From Candidatus Micrarchaeia archaeon (GTDB lineage Archaea > Micrarchaeota > Micrarchaeia > Burarchaeales > JACRGF01), in the NCBI GenBank assembly GCA_038870455.1, contig JAWCPB010000001.1:1-64000 (forward strand): a DNA stretch of 64,000 nucleotides. Direction: 5' to 3'. This document shows, in pieces, positions 55,756-64,000 of the stretch. Every line of letters starts with the position of its first letter. The first letter of the stretch is position 1. The position numbers and the translations under genes are program-made. Under the pieces are notes generated by a model. That model was not told the origin of the DNA. It did no database searches and worked only from the letters and a program-made list of their open reading frames with translations.

Positions 55756-57255
55756 CTACTTTTTTCTTCCCTTAAACAACACCGCTAGGTCTTCCTCAAT
55801 GCTGGCGGTGCTCTTCTCGCTTTCGGTGAGCTTTCCCTCGATTTTCTCGCGTCTCTCCTCGAGCCTGCGCAGCCTCTCGCCAGCGCTCCTACCGCCCTCC
55901 ATCTGCTTGAGCAGCTCCTCAAAGCGCGCGCTGATTTCCTTGCTTTCCTGAATCATCTGCGCCAGGCTCTTCTTGGCAGCATCGGCCTTGGCGTTCAGCG
56001 CCTCTTCCTTCTTGAGCACCTGTTTGACCTCGTACTCATGGCTCTCGCTGAGCTCCTTGAGCTCCTTCAGGTACTTCCGCACGAAGCCCGTTTCCACGGC
56101 TTCCCTCAGGGCATTGAACTCGCTCTCGTTTTCCTTCACGTACGCAGTGAACTCGCCGAACTTCCTCTCGTACTCCTTTTGATAAGCGCTTATCCATTCA
56201 TCGACCTTGCGCAGCTCGGCGATGGCCTTCTCGAGTTCGGCCACGCGCGCGTTCTCGCCATGCAGGCGTGCCCTAGCGTCGTCAATGCGCTTCTTGGTTT
56301 CGGCCTCGCTCTGCTTGAGCTTGGCGAGCGTTTCCTCCATGTCCTTTATTCTCGCGTTCTCAAGCTCGATGCGCTCCCGGGCTTCCTTGATGTGCGCCTT
56401 CGTCTCGCGCTCGATGTCGGACAGCCTGGCGAGCGCGTTCTCCATGTCGTCAAGGCTGGCCGTCTCCTTGGCGATGGTCTTCCTCGCCTCCTCCGAGCTC
56501 CTGGTCACGCCGGCCTGCAGCTCGCGCAGCAGGCTCACGGTCTGCTGTATCTTGCCGGTGGTCTCGTCGAGCGCCTTCCTGGCCTCCTCCTCCTTCTGCT
56601 TCAGCTTGAGCACGTCCAGCTCGACATTGCTTATCATGTCCGGAATCTCGATGGCCCTCTGGCGCAGGCGCAGAATCTGCGTTTCCTTGGCCTGCAGGCG
56701 GTCTTCGAGCGCCTCCAGCTCGGCCTCGAGCCTTTTTGCAATGGGCAGGTAGGCATCACGCACGAGAGTTTCGCGCTCGCTCTTCAGCTCCTCAATCTCC
56801 TTGGCCTTCTGGTTGATTTCGGAAATCTTCGCCTTGAGCGCCTCGGACAAATCGACTATCTCCTTGGGCTTGGCCTCGCGCGCCGGCGCGGGCGTCTTGG
56901 CCTCAGGCTTTGCCTCCTCGGCCTTGACCGGCTTCTTTATCTCCTGCTGAATTTCCTTTGCTGACGAGAGAAGCCTCTCGAGCTTTTCCTCAAGCTGCGG
57001 CTTTTCCCTCGGCGCTACGGCCTGGGAGAGCGTCGGGAGCCTCGCCTCGCCCTTCCACACGGCGTAAGCGCGCGTGAGGTGATACTCTATCCTGACGAGG
57101 CCCTGTTCCTCGAGCACGCGGCACCACTTCTCGACATCCCTCGTCCCGAGGCCCGTGCCCTTGGCGAGCTCGCTGACCTCGACGCGTCCCTTTTCCTTGA
57201 GCAGCCTCAGCACCCTGTCCACGTCAGTGCTGATGAAAGCATCTTCCTTCGTCAC
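55756..57255 (-). CDS. Winged-helix N-terminal domain plus long coiled-coil protein
   Basis: ISTDVDRVLRLLKEKG.VEVSELA...VEKWCRVLEEQGLVRIEY wHTH-like start, then ~400 aa of E/K/L-rich heptads. Probable GTG start at 57255. Confidence 0.75.
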   Translation of the reverse strand: MTKEDAFISTDVDRVLRLLKEKGRVEVSELAKGTGLGTRDVEKWCRVLEEQGLVRIEYHLTRAYAVWKGEARLPTLSQAVAPREKPQLEEKLERLLSSAKEIQQEIKKPVKAEEAKPEAKTPAPAREAKPKEIVDLSEALKAKISEINQKAKEIEELKSERETLVRDAYLPIAKRLEAELEALEDRLQAKETQILRLRQRAIEIPDMISNVELDVLKLKQKEEEARKALDETTGKIQQTVSLLRELQAGVTRSSEEARKTIAKETASLDDMENALARLSDIERETKAHIKEARERIELENARIKDMEETLAKLKQSEAETKKRIDDARARLHGENARVAELEKAIAELRKVDEWISAYQKEYERKFGEFTAYVKENESEFNALREAVETGFVRKYLKELKELSESHEYEVKQVLKKEEALNAKADAAKKSLAQMIQESKEISARFEELLKQMEGGRSAGERLRRLEERREKIEGKLTESEKSTASIEEDLAVLFKGRKK

Positions 57256-57288
57256 GCAATCCCCCCACACATCAGAACCAACCGATGA

Positions 57289-57470
57289 CTTTTCCGTCAA
57301 CGCTTTTGCCGGATCGCCGGCAAAAGGGTTGTATCGTTGGTTCCGATACCTCCGAACCGCGGGAACCTACGGTTCCCCCAGTTCCAGGTTCCTCCTGACC
57401 CCTCCCTTTTCCGTCAACGCTTTTGCCGGATCGCCGGCAAAAGGGTTGTATCGTTGGTTCCGATACCTCC
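57289..57470. repeat. Perfect 65-bp direct repeat (57289-57353 and 57406-57470) with internal hairpins, flanking a 52-bp spacer
   Basis: CTTTTCCGTCAACGCTTTTGCCGGATCGCCGGCAAAAGGGTTGTATCGTTGGTTCCGATACCTCC occurs twice. The spacer contains the inverted repeat GGGAACCTACGGTTCCC. Confidence 0.95.
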
Positions 57471-57474
57471 TTTT

Positions 57475-58005
57475 TCATGCAGCGCCCGCAGGCGCGGCGA
57501 TTATCGAAAACCTCCCGGGAAGCTTGAGCTTTGCCCTCCTCAATGCTTCTCTCGCGTGGCCAGCTTTCTCGGAAGTGGTTGAGAGGCGAAAGATCACCTG
57601 CCCCCTGTGCACCCTCGCCCCCCTGTCCGTGGGCCTGCCGTAAGCATGACGCATGCCCTTCTGCAGGCGGTCAGCACCCGCGCCCAGAATCATCTTGTTC
57701 TCGCGGATGACGTTATGCGGATAGACATCCACTTTCAAGAAATACCCGCCCGGAAGCGTCTTCTCCAAGTACTTGTTGGCAGCCTGCCGGGCGCTCTCAA
57801 GCGCATTGTCCCTCACCTGCACGCCCTCCTCGGCGACAAGACGGAAGAGCGAGTCGAAAGCAGGGTTCGCCTGTCCCATGGCATAAATACTGACGGCGTT
57901 GTGCGGCAGGGCCTTTACGAAGCTCTTTCTGGGCATTTTCTTGGAGTACCTGGTCCAAGCCGCTTTGTTCAAGCTCCTGCAGGTTCTCGCAGGCCGAAGG
58001 CCCAT
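57475..58005 (-). CDS. rpl10e: 50S ribosomal protein uL16 (L10e)
   Basis: MGLRPAR, ALESAR..ANKYL, YPH.VIRENK, GAGADRLQKGMRHAYGRP. Confidence 0.96.
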   Translation of the reverse strand: MGLRPARTCRSLNKAAWTRYSKKMPRKSFVKALPHNAVSIYAMGQANPAFDSLFRLVAEEGVQVRDNALESARQAANKYLEKTLPGGYFLKVDVYPHNVIRENKMILGAGADRLQKGMRHAYGRPTDRGARVHRGQVIFRLSTTSEKAGHAREALRRAKLKLPGRFSIIAAPAGAA

Positions 58006-58102
58006 GATAGACACCTCTATTCACAAAAGGCGTGCTAACATTAGCCGCGAGGCATATATAAAGATAGCGATTTCGTGCGCTTCAAACCACACGGCTCCAC
58101 CA

Positions 58103-58522
58103 TCACGCTTTCCGTATGCTGGCGATTATCCTCGAGGTCTTGAATATCCTGCCGTTCAGGCGCTCCCTGATCTTCACGAGCCTTATTCCTTTTTTCCTCA
58201 GATTGGCGAAATCGCCTATGGGCTGGTCGTAGCCGAATGCTATTATGTCGGGCTTAACGCGCCGGACCACGGCGAACTTGTCGCGCGGGCTTCCGATGAC
58301 GACCTTATCCACGGGCTTCAAGGAGGCGACTATGCGCGCCCTGGCTTTTGCGGAGTGAATGGGCTGCCTTTTTTTGACGCGCCTAACCGTGGCATCCGCC
58401 GCGATGACCACCACGAGGACGTCGCCGAGCTTCTTCGCCTTCTCGAGAAAGAAAACATGGCCCGGATGCAGGATGTCGAAAACACCGCCCGTGAGTACGA
58501 CTTTTTTCTTTTTCCCCGGCAT
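58103..58522 (-). CDS. ribL: Archaeal FAD synthase / cytidylyltransferase family
   Basis: GGVFDILHPGH, L.VVIA.D, KPDII.FGYDQ, KTSRII. Confidence 0.8.
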   Translation of the reverse strand: MPGKKKKVVLTGGVFDILHPGHVFFLEKAKKLGDVLVVVIAADATVRRVKKRQPIHSAKARARIVASLKPVDKVVIGSPRDKFAVVRRVKPDIIAFGYDQPIGDFANLRKKGIRLVKIRERLNGRIFKTSRIIASIRKA

Positions 58523-58526
58523 CCTC

Positions 58527-59900
58527 TCAGCCCAGTTTTTTCTTCAGCAGCCTGGCCACGATGGCCGGGTCCGCTTTTCCCCTCGTCTTCGCCATGACCT
58601 TGCCCGCGAGAAAGTTGAGCGCTCTGGCCTCGCCTGCCCTGTAGTCCTCGCCGGCCTTCGGATGCTCTGCCAGCACTTCCTCAACTATTTTTGCAATCTC
58701 GCGCTCGCTATCGATTCTCGCCAGCCCGCCGGCCTCTGCCTCCGCCTTTGCTGAAGAGATTTTCTTTTCAATGAGTTTGATGAGGAGTTCTTCCGCCACT
58801 TTCTCGGTTATTTTTTTGGAGAAAAGAAGCTCGAGGAGCTCGGAAACTTGTTTTTCGGACAGGCCCGAGTCTTTGAAGGCCAGGTTCCTCCAGTTCAGTT
58901 GTTTCTTGAGCGGGCCCCGCATCCAGAAGGCGAGCTCCTGGGGAGGGAATTTTTTTGCCAGCGACTCGAATAGATCGGCGAGCTCTTTTTCAGCAACAAT
59001 AACCCACGCATCCTCCTCCCTTATCCTGTGCTTCCGCGCAATGCGCGCGCTCCTCTGCCTCGGAAGCTCGGGCAGGCTGAGGGAAGCGACAAGCTGCTGT
59101 GGGATGACGAGCGGGGGGATGTCGGGATCCGGGAAGTACCTGTAGTCTTCGGCGGCTTCCTTCTTCCGCAGGCCGATTGTGATGCCCTGCGCCTCGTCGT
59201 AGTGCCGCGTTTCCTGCGTCACCGCCATGCCCTTGGAGAGGAGGGCCTTCTGTCTGAGAATCTCGTAACTGAGTGCGGTGAATACTCCCTTAAAGGAGTT
59301 GATGTTCTTCACCTCGACGCGGCTTCCGCCCGCGAGCGAGATGTTGGCGTCGATGCGCGTGGAGCCAGCCTCCTCCCTCGCGGCATCCAGGTAGCCGAGT
59401 ATGGCGGCCAGCTCTTCGAGGAAAGCGCGCGCGGCCTCCGGGGAGCGCAGGTCGGGCTCGGTGACGATCTCGACGAGCGGAATGCCCGACCTGTTGTAAT
59501 CCACGAGGCCCTTCTTCAGCTCGTACCTGCCCGGGTCCTCCTCGAGGTGGAGCTCGCGGATGCGCACGCCCCCGAGCTTTCCATCGACTGCTATGGGCTT
59601 GCTGGTTCTCTGGTAGCCTGATGGCAGGTCCGGGTAGAAGTAGTGCTTTCTCTGAACGTGAATGGGCTTGCCCGTGAATATTTTCGCGCCGAGCGCGCGC
59701 GCCGTCCTCAACAGGTTTTCGAGCGCGCGCCGGTTTACGGACATGGGCTTGGCGCCCGGTTGGCCGGTGCAGACGGGGCAGACGTTCGTGTTCGCCTCCA
59801 TCCCCTTGTAGCCCGCCCTGCAGGGACAGAATAGCTTGGCCTCGCTCTTGAGCTGCACGTGAATCTCAAGGCCGATGAGCAGATCTCTTGTTTCAGGCAT
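58527..59900 (-). CDS. gatB: Asp/Glu-tRNA amidotransferase subunit B
   Basis: IGLEIHVQL, KHYFYPDLP, HLEEDPG, DYNRSG.PL.EIVTEPD, DYRYFPDPD. Confidence 0.96.
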   Translation of the reverse strand: MPETRDLLIGLEIHVQLKSEAKLFCPCRAGYKGMEANTNVCPVCTGQPGAKPMSVNRRALENLLRTARALGAKIFTGKPIHVQRKHYFYPDLPSGYQRTSKPIAVDGKLGGVRIRELHLEEDPGRYELKKGLVDYNRSGIPLVEIVTEPDLRSPEAARAFLEELAAILGYLDAAREEAGSTRIDANISLAGGSRVEVKNINSFKGVFTALSYEILRQKALLSKGMAVTQETRHYDEAQGITIGLRKKEAAEDYRYFPDPDIPPLVIPQQLVASLSLPELPRQRSARIARKHRIREEDAWVIVAEKELADLFESLAKKFPPQELAFWMRGPLKKQLNWRNLAFKDSGLSEKQVSELLELLFSKKITEKVAEELLIKLIEKKISSAKAEAEAGGLARIDSEREIAKIVEEVLAEHPKAGEDYRAGEARALNFLAGKVMAKTRGKADPAIVARLLKKKLG

Positions 59901-61305
59901 GCCTTTCCTCCAGCAGTTTCATCGCCGCAAGAGCCTTTTCATCCTCAAACGCCTTTGCGTGGAACTGCGCGCCCACGCTCAGTCCGCCAATTTTCCCGCA
60001 CGGGATCACGCCGGCGGGAATGCCGCACAGGTTCGCGCTGACAGTGAGGACATCGGAGAGGTACATCTCAAGCGGGTTGAGCTTCTCCCCGATTTTCCAC
60101 GGAAGGACCGGCATGGCCGGCCCGAAGAGCACATCGCACTTGGCGAGCGCGGCCTCGAATTCCTTCTTGAGCGCCGCGCGCGCCCTCAGCGTCTTGCCGA
60201 GCCACGCCTCATGGAATTCCTTCATGGTGATGAAAGTGCCGAGGAGAATGCGGCGCTTGACTTCCTTGCCGAGTGCCCTGTCACGCACTTCGCTGACCGC
60301 AGCGATGAGCGGCTTGGTGAGGTCGGCGGCCGCGCCGTACCGCAGGCCGTCGTACCTCTGCATGGCGGAAGAGAACTCGGCGAAGTTCAGGAGATAGTAA
60401 ATGGGAATGGCGTACTCGATGGAGGGAATGGAGACTTCGATGAGGGAAGCGCCGGTTTTCTCCAGCTTCCCTGCAGCCTCCCTCACGGCCTTTCCGACTT
60501 CCGCATTGACTCCTTCGAAAAACTGTTTTGGAACGCCCACGCGCAGCCTTTCTTGAGCCGCGAGATTGAATTCCCTGGGCTTTACTCCCGCAGTGACAGG
60601 GTCGAGCTTGTCCTCGCCCGCGATGACTGAGAGCACCTGCGCGGCGCTCGCCGAGTCTGCCGCGAGCGGGCCGATCTGGTCGAGCGACATTCCCATGTCA
60701 ATCAATCCGTAGCGCGAGACCAAGCCGTAAGAGGGCTTGAAGCCGACCACGCCGCAGAAAGCCGCTGGGCAGCGGATGCTTCCGCCCGTGTCGGTGCCGA
60801 GCGCGGCGTCGCAGAAGCCTGCCGCGACCGATGCGGCCGCGCCGCCGCTGCTCCCGCCCGGAACGCGCTCTTCATCAAGCGGGTTTCTGGTCGGGAAAAA
60901 CGCGCTGTGAGTCGTGTCGCTTCCGCAAGCGAATTCGTCCATGTTCGTGCTGCCGATGATTATTGCGTCCTCGGCGAGAAGGCGCTGCACAGCGGTCGCG
61001 GTGTATGGCGCAACGTAGTTTTCGAGCATTTTCGAGCTGCAGGTGGCCCTTTTTCCTTTCAAGCACAGGTTGCTTTTGATGGAGAAGACCACTCCGGCGA
61101 GCCGACCGAGCCTCTCGCCCCTCCTCGCCCTCGCATCAATTTCCCTGGCTTTCGCCAGCGCGTCTTTCTCAAACACCTCAACGAATGCATGAATGCGCCC
61201 ATCCCTCTTGCGAATCGCCTCAAGAAAGCCCGCCGTGCGCTCTTCCGCGGATAGCCTGCCATCCCTCACCGCCTTTGCGGTCTCGAAGACGCCCATTTTA
61301 TTCAC
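59893..61305 (-). CDS. gatA: Asp/Glu-tRNA amidotransferase subunit A
   Basis: TNMDEFA, amidase signature PGGSSGG, GTDTGGSIRCPA, RYDGLRYG. Confidence 0.96.
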   Translation of the reverse strand: MNKMGVFETAKAVRDGRLSAEERTAGFLEAIRKRDGRIHAFVEVFEKDALAKAREIDARARRGERLGRLAGVVFSIKSNLCLKGKRATCSSKMLENYVAPYTATAVQRLLAEDAIIIGSTNMDEFACGSDTTHSAFFPTRNPLDEERVPGGSSGGAAASVAAGFCDAALGTDTGGSIRCPAAFCGVVGFKPSYGLVSRYGLIDMGMSLDQIGPLAADSASAAQVLSVIAGEDKLDPVTAGVKPREFNLAAQERLRVGVPKQFFEGVNAEVGKAVREAAGKLEKTGASLIEVSIPSIEYAIPIYYLLNFAEFSSAMQRYDGLRYGAAADLTKPLIAAVSEVRDRALGKEVKRRILLGTFITMKEFHEAWLGKTLRARAALKKEFEAALAKCDVLFGPAMPVLPWKIGEKLNPLEMYLSDVLTVSANLCGIPAGVIPCGKIGGLSVGAQFHAKAFEDEKALAAMKLLEERHA

Positions 61306-61583
61306 TCCAGCGACTTGGGCGCGGAAAGAAACCTGCCCTCCTTCCTGTTGAAGTTCGCGAGAATACCCTCAACCTCTTCGCATTCCTCCGCCATGTCCTC
61401 CCTGAGGGCGTTGGCGAGCTCCCTTCCGTAGTAACGGGCCTCGCCTTCGCCCATCTTCCGTATTTTCGAGAAATGCGCGAGAATCTCCTCGAGCTCTTTC
61501 CTGAATGAAGCCAGCTCGGCCTGCGACAGGCGGAGCCTCGCGATCTCGGCGACCTTGCGCAGTGTTTCTTCAGAGAATTTCAC
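61302..61583 (-). CDS. gatC: Asp/Glu-tRNA amidotransferase subunit C
   Basis: VAEIARLRL, LREDM, F..PK; directly upstream of gatA. Confidence 0.88.
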   Translation of the reverse strand: MKFSEETLRKVAEIARLRLSQAELASFRKELEEILAHFSKIRKMGEGEARYYGRELANALREDMAEECEEVEGILANFNRKEGRFLSAPKSLE

Positions 61584-61592
61584 GGGCTCGCC

Positions 61593-62981
61593 TCACGGCA
61601 TCCTCTTCCCGAAATACTCACGCAGCGCCAGTGTGCACGCCTCGTTCTTCAGAGCCTGCGCTCCCTCGAGCACCCTGAACCCCCTTCTCAGCGAAGCCGC
61701 GATGTGCGAGGGCAGGGCGTACTTCAGCGGGCGCGCCACGATCTCCTTCAGGAGTGAAGCCGCGGTGGTGTGCCGCCTTCTCTCTATCGCGACCGCCCTC
61801 GTCCCCTCAATGAACGGGCCTCCGAGCGCGCGGCCGTGTGCTGCCACGAAAGCATCGAGGTCCTGTGCATGCCACACGTCGGGACCCCTGACCTTCCTCG
61901 CGGGGGACAGCTCGGCGACCTCGAGCTCGAAGAGGAGGACGCACGATTTTTTCTCGTCGCTCCACCACCCGCTGCCGATGAGGCGGAAGCCGGCCGCCTC
62001 CAGGTGCTTCGAGACTGCATGCGCGGCTTTCTTGAGCTGGGGCCACAGCACGTCCGGAACGACGCCCGGAGCGCGGAATAGAAGGACGAGCACGTTCTTT
62101 CTCTCGGCGAGGGCTTTCCTGAGGCGGGCGGCCGAAATCTCTTTTTTCGCCGGGAAAAAGAACCTCTCGCTCGGCTTCTTCAAGAACTTTCTCGCCGCGC
62201 AGACGAACGTGGCGAGCGAGGCCTCGCTCACCACGGCAGCGACGTTTCTCTCCCTGTCCACGGGATCAACGGCTATCATCGGTGTGGGGAACTTCTGGCC
62301 CAGCGCGCGCTCGTCATAATGCTTTTCCACGTCAATGACGGGTCTCCGCCACCTTTCGACCGCGGCAATCACGTTGGCGAAAGAACCGTAGTGCGCAACG
62401 AGCAGCTCGCACAAGTAGCCCGAAAAGCCTTCGACTTTGAGCTCGGCGCCGTACGCGTCGATGCCTTTGAGGAAGGCCTTGAGCAGCCGCACGTCATCCC
62501 GCTGTTTTTCGGTGAGCCTGGCCTTGACCCACTTGGTGTGCAGCTGGCTCCTGTCCACGCTCGTGGCCTTCTCGCTGATCTCCTCTATCTTGTAGCTCGG
62601 GACGATGTCGGCGTCGCACGCCTCGAAGCTCGCGTGCAGGTAAGGATGCTCGGCGTAGCCAATCGTCCAGGGGTGGGGCGCGATGGCGGCCTTGGCCCAC
62701 CGGAGGCCCAGCGTTTCGAGCTGTTTCCTGGAATATGTTTTCGGAAATAGGATGAACACATCGAAGTCCCTGTCGCCCTTGAGGTTGGTTTGCTTGGCGA
62801 TGCTGCCCGCGAGCTCGACCTCGACATCCCCCGGGATGACTGCCTTGAGCCGCGCCATGATTCTGTCCGCGAGCAGGCGCTCGGCGAACTCCTCGCTCCT
62901 TGTCGGTTTTATCTTCCGAAGCACACGCGCGCACACCCGCTCGAGCTCTGCCGCGGTGGCTTCGATGCCGGTTTCCTTCAC
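61593..62981 (-). CDS. cca: CCA-adding enzyme, archaeal class I
   Basis: GSIAKQT.L.GD.DFDVF, YAEHPY, DIVP, VDRS..H, GFSGYLCELL, DPVD..RNVAA. Probable GTG start at 62981. Confidence 0.95.
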   Translation of the reverse strand: MKETGIEATAAELERVCARVLRKIKPTRSEEFAERLLADRIMARLKAVIPGDVEVELAGSIAKQTNLKGDRDFDVFILFPKTYSRKQLETLGLRWAKAAIAPHPWTIGYAEHPYLHASFEACDADIVPSYKIEEISEKATSVDRSQLHTKWVKARLTEKQRDDVRLLKAFLKGIDAYGAELKVEGFSGYLCELLVAHYGSFANVIAAVERWRRPVIDVEKHYDERALGQKFPTPMIAVDPVDRERNVAAVVSEASLATFVCAARKFLKKPSERFFFPAKKEISAARLRKALAERKNVLVLLFRAPGVVPDVLWPQLKKAAHAVSKHLEAAGFRLIGSGWWSDEKKSCVLLFELEVAELSPARKVRGPDVWHAQDLDAFVAAHGRALGGPFIEGTRAVAIERRRHTTAASLLKEIVARPLKYALPSHIAASLRRGFRVLEGAQALKNEACTLALREYFGKRMP

Positions 62982-63036
62982 GCCCGTTATTTTACCAATC
63001 AATAATATTAATAACGCGTATTGCATAGCTCTCTGC

Positions 63037-63462
63037 ATGAGGGGCCAGGCGGGCGTAGAGGTCCTCATTGTCGTCGGCATCATCGTCGTCCTGCTCATTC
63101 CGTTCATTCTCGGAATCTACGCGCAGGCGCAGACTTTCGGTGACCAGGTGAACGTCAATCAGGCGGACAGGATGGCGCTCACGCTGTCGGAGGCCGTGGA
63201 TGTCGTCGTGGCGAGCGGGGAGGGCAGCAACCTGACCGTTTTCGTGACCACGCCCGCGAACGTGCAGGAGATTCGGGCGGGCGGCCGCGAGATAGTCATC
63301 CGCCTGGCCGTCATAGGCGGAGAGACGGAGATAGTCAAGACGACCAGGGCGAACCTCACCAGCCAGAACCTGGACAGGATCCGCTCGCCCGGAACGTACA
63401 AGGTTTTCGTGGCCGCAGAGCGCTCCCCCGCGGGCGCGCTCGCGCGCATAGAGCCCGCGTGA
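63037..63462 (+). CDS. Class III signal peptide (type IV pilin-like) protein
   Basis: MRG^QAGVE followed by a ~20-aa hydrophobic helix, matching the archaeal prepilin pattern with E at +5. Confidence 0.8.
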   Translation: MRGQAGVEVLIVVGIIVVLLIPFILGIYAQAQTFGDQVNVNQADRMALTLSEAVDVVVASGEGSNLTVFVTTPANVQEIRAGGREIVIRLAVIGGETEIVKTTRANLTSQNLDRIRSPGTYKVFVAAERSPAGALARIEPA

Positions 63463-63538
63463 AGGTGGGAGCACGCCGCTTTCAAAGCTCGAGGTTCTGG
63501 AGAGAAAGAGAAGGCGCCTGGCTTACTAGCTCGAGAGC

Positions 63539-63820
63539 GTGACGCGAGAGATCAGCGAGCTCACCCTCAAGGGAGCCAAGGAGCTTGCGAGGGAAGCGCA
63601 TTCGTTCTTCACCGACATCGACGTCGTCGTGCTCCTGCTGTGGTCGCTCATCTCGCCCGCGGCGGGGCTCGCCTACATAGCATGGGTGAGGTATCCACGC
63701 CTGCGATTTTACGTCATCCCGCCTCTCGCGCTCGTGAGCATCGTGCAGTTTATCCTGCAGTGGAGCTGGGTGATTTACTTCCTGCTGCGGATGTTCAGAG
63801 CCCTGCCTTCGCTGCCTTAA
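63539..63820 (+). CDS. Small membrane protein, possibly 5'-disrupted
   Basis: Two or three hydrophobic segments. An in-frame TAG lies just upstream within a coding-like frame. Confidence 0.4.
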   Translation: MTREISELTLKGAKELAREAHSFFTDIDVVVLLLWSLISPAAGLAYIAWVRYPRLRFYVIPPLALVSIVQFILQWSWVIYFLLRMFRALPSLP

Positions 63821-64000
63821 AGCCCGCTCCCCTGCGGGTTTTTTTCGTCGCGCGCTCGAGCAGCTTGGCCAGCTCGTCAAGCAGGTTGTGGAAAATGAGC
63901 TTTAGGTCCCACCCTTGAATGCTGGCATTCACCCTCTCCTTGGCGGTCTGCACGCTGCCCGCCAGCGAGTAAAGGTGCCGGGCGCCCCTCACGCGCTGTT
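63795..64000 (-). CDS. 3' end of a hypothetical protein entering from beyond the window
   Basis: Frame is open to the window edge: ...RHLYSLAGSVQTAKERVNASIQGWDLKLIFHNLLDELAKLL... Confidence 0.35.
   Translation of the reverse strand, partial: QRVRGARHLYSLAGSVQTAKERVNASIQGWDLKLIFHNLLDELAKLLERATKKTRRGAGFKAAKAGL

Noticed and set aside
57289-57470. CRISPR array
   Set aside because: Only two units, each 65 bp, which is too long for CRISPR repeats. The spacer is itself palindromic and no cas genes are in the window.
57272-57478. 68-aa ORF overlapping the rpl10e stop (ATGA) with an internal peptide repeat
   Set aside because: It consists entirely of hairpin repeat modules, and the peptide repeat follows from the 117-nt period. 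Translation is not excluded, but there is no independent coding evidence.

Overview
Archaeal chromosomal DNA with moderately high GC. Archaeal markers include eS6, aIF2-gamma, uL16/L10e, archaeal-type ProRS/LeuRS, a class I CCA enzyme, form III RuBisCO and BHB-intron tRNAs. Gene style is consistent with a Micrarchaeota/DPANN-like lineage, which is an inference only. Housekeeping and metabolic blocks: ilvB-ilvH-DUF296-ilvC, RuBisCO with an adjacent HAD phosphatase, proC/proS, tandem ftsZ paralogs, leuS, rps6e-usp-eif2g, an Hrq1/MrfA-like helicase, UDG, Nudix, a complete glycine cleavage plus lipoylation operon, and cca-gatCAB-ribL then rpl10e. Main unexplained items: (1) an ~8.7 kb operon of six tandem paralogous CedA/VirB6-like polytopic membrane proteins ending in a VirB11/CpaF-type ATPase with no TadC/ArlJ platform gene, a candidate undescribed contact/secretion/DNA-transfer system; (2) a structured ~41-nt element with compensatory changes, found in D-loop introns of two tRNAs and free-standing in a duplicated intergenic repeat; (3) a three-intron tRNA-Ala; (4) a Leu/Val-rich leader peptide with hairpins upstream of ilvB, resembling a bacterial attenuator; (5) patches of nucleotide identity between the two ftsZ paralogs. 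No CRISPR array, rRNA or transposase was seen. All family assignments come from motif recognition by eye, not database searches.
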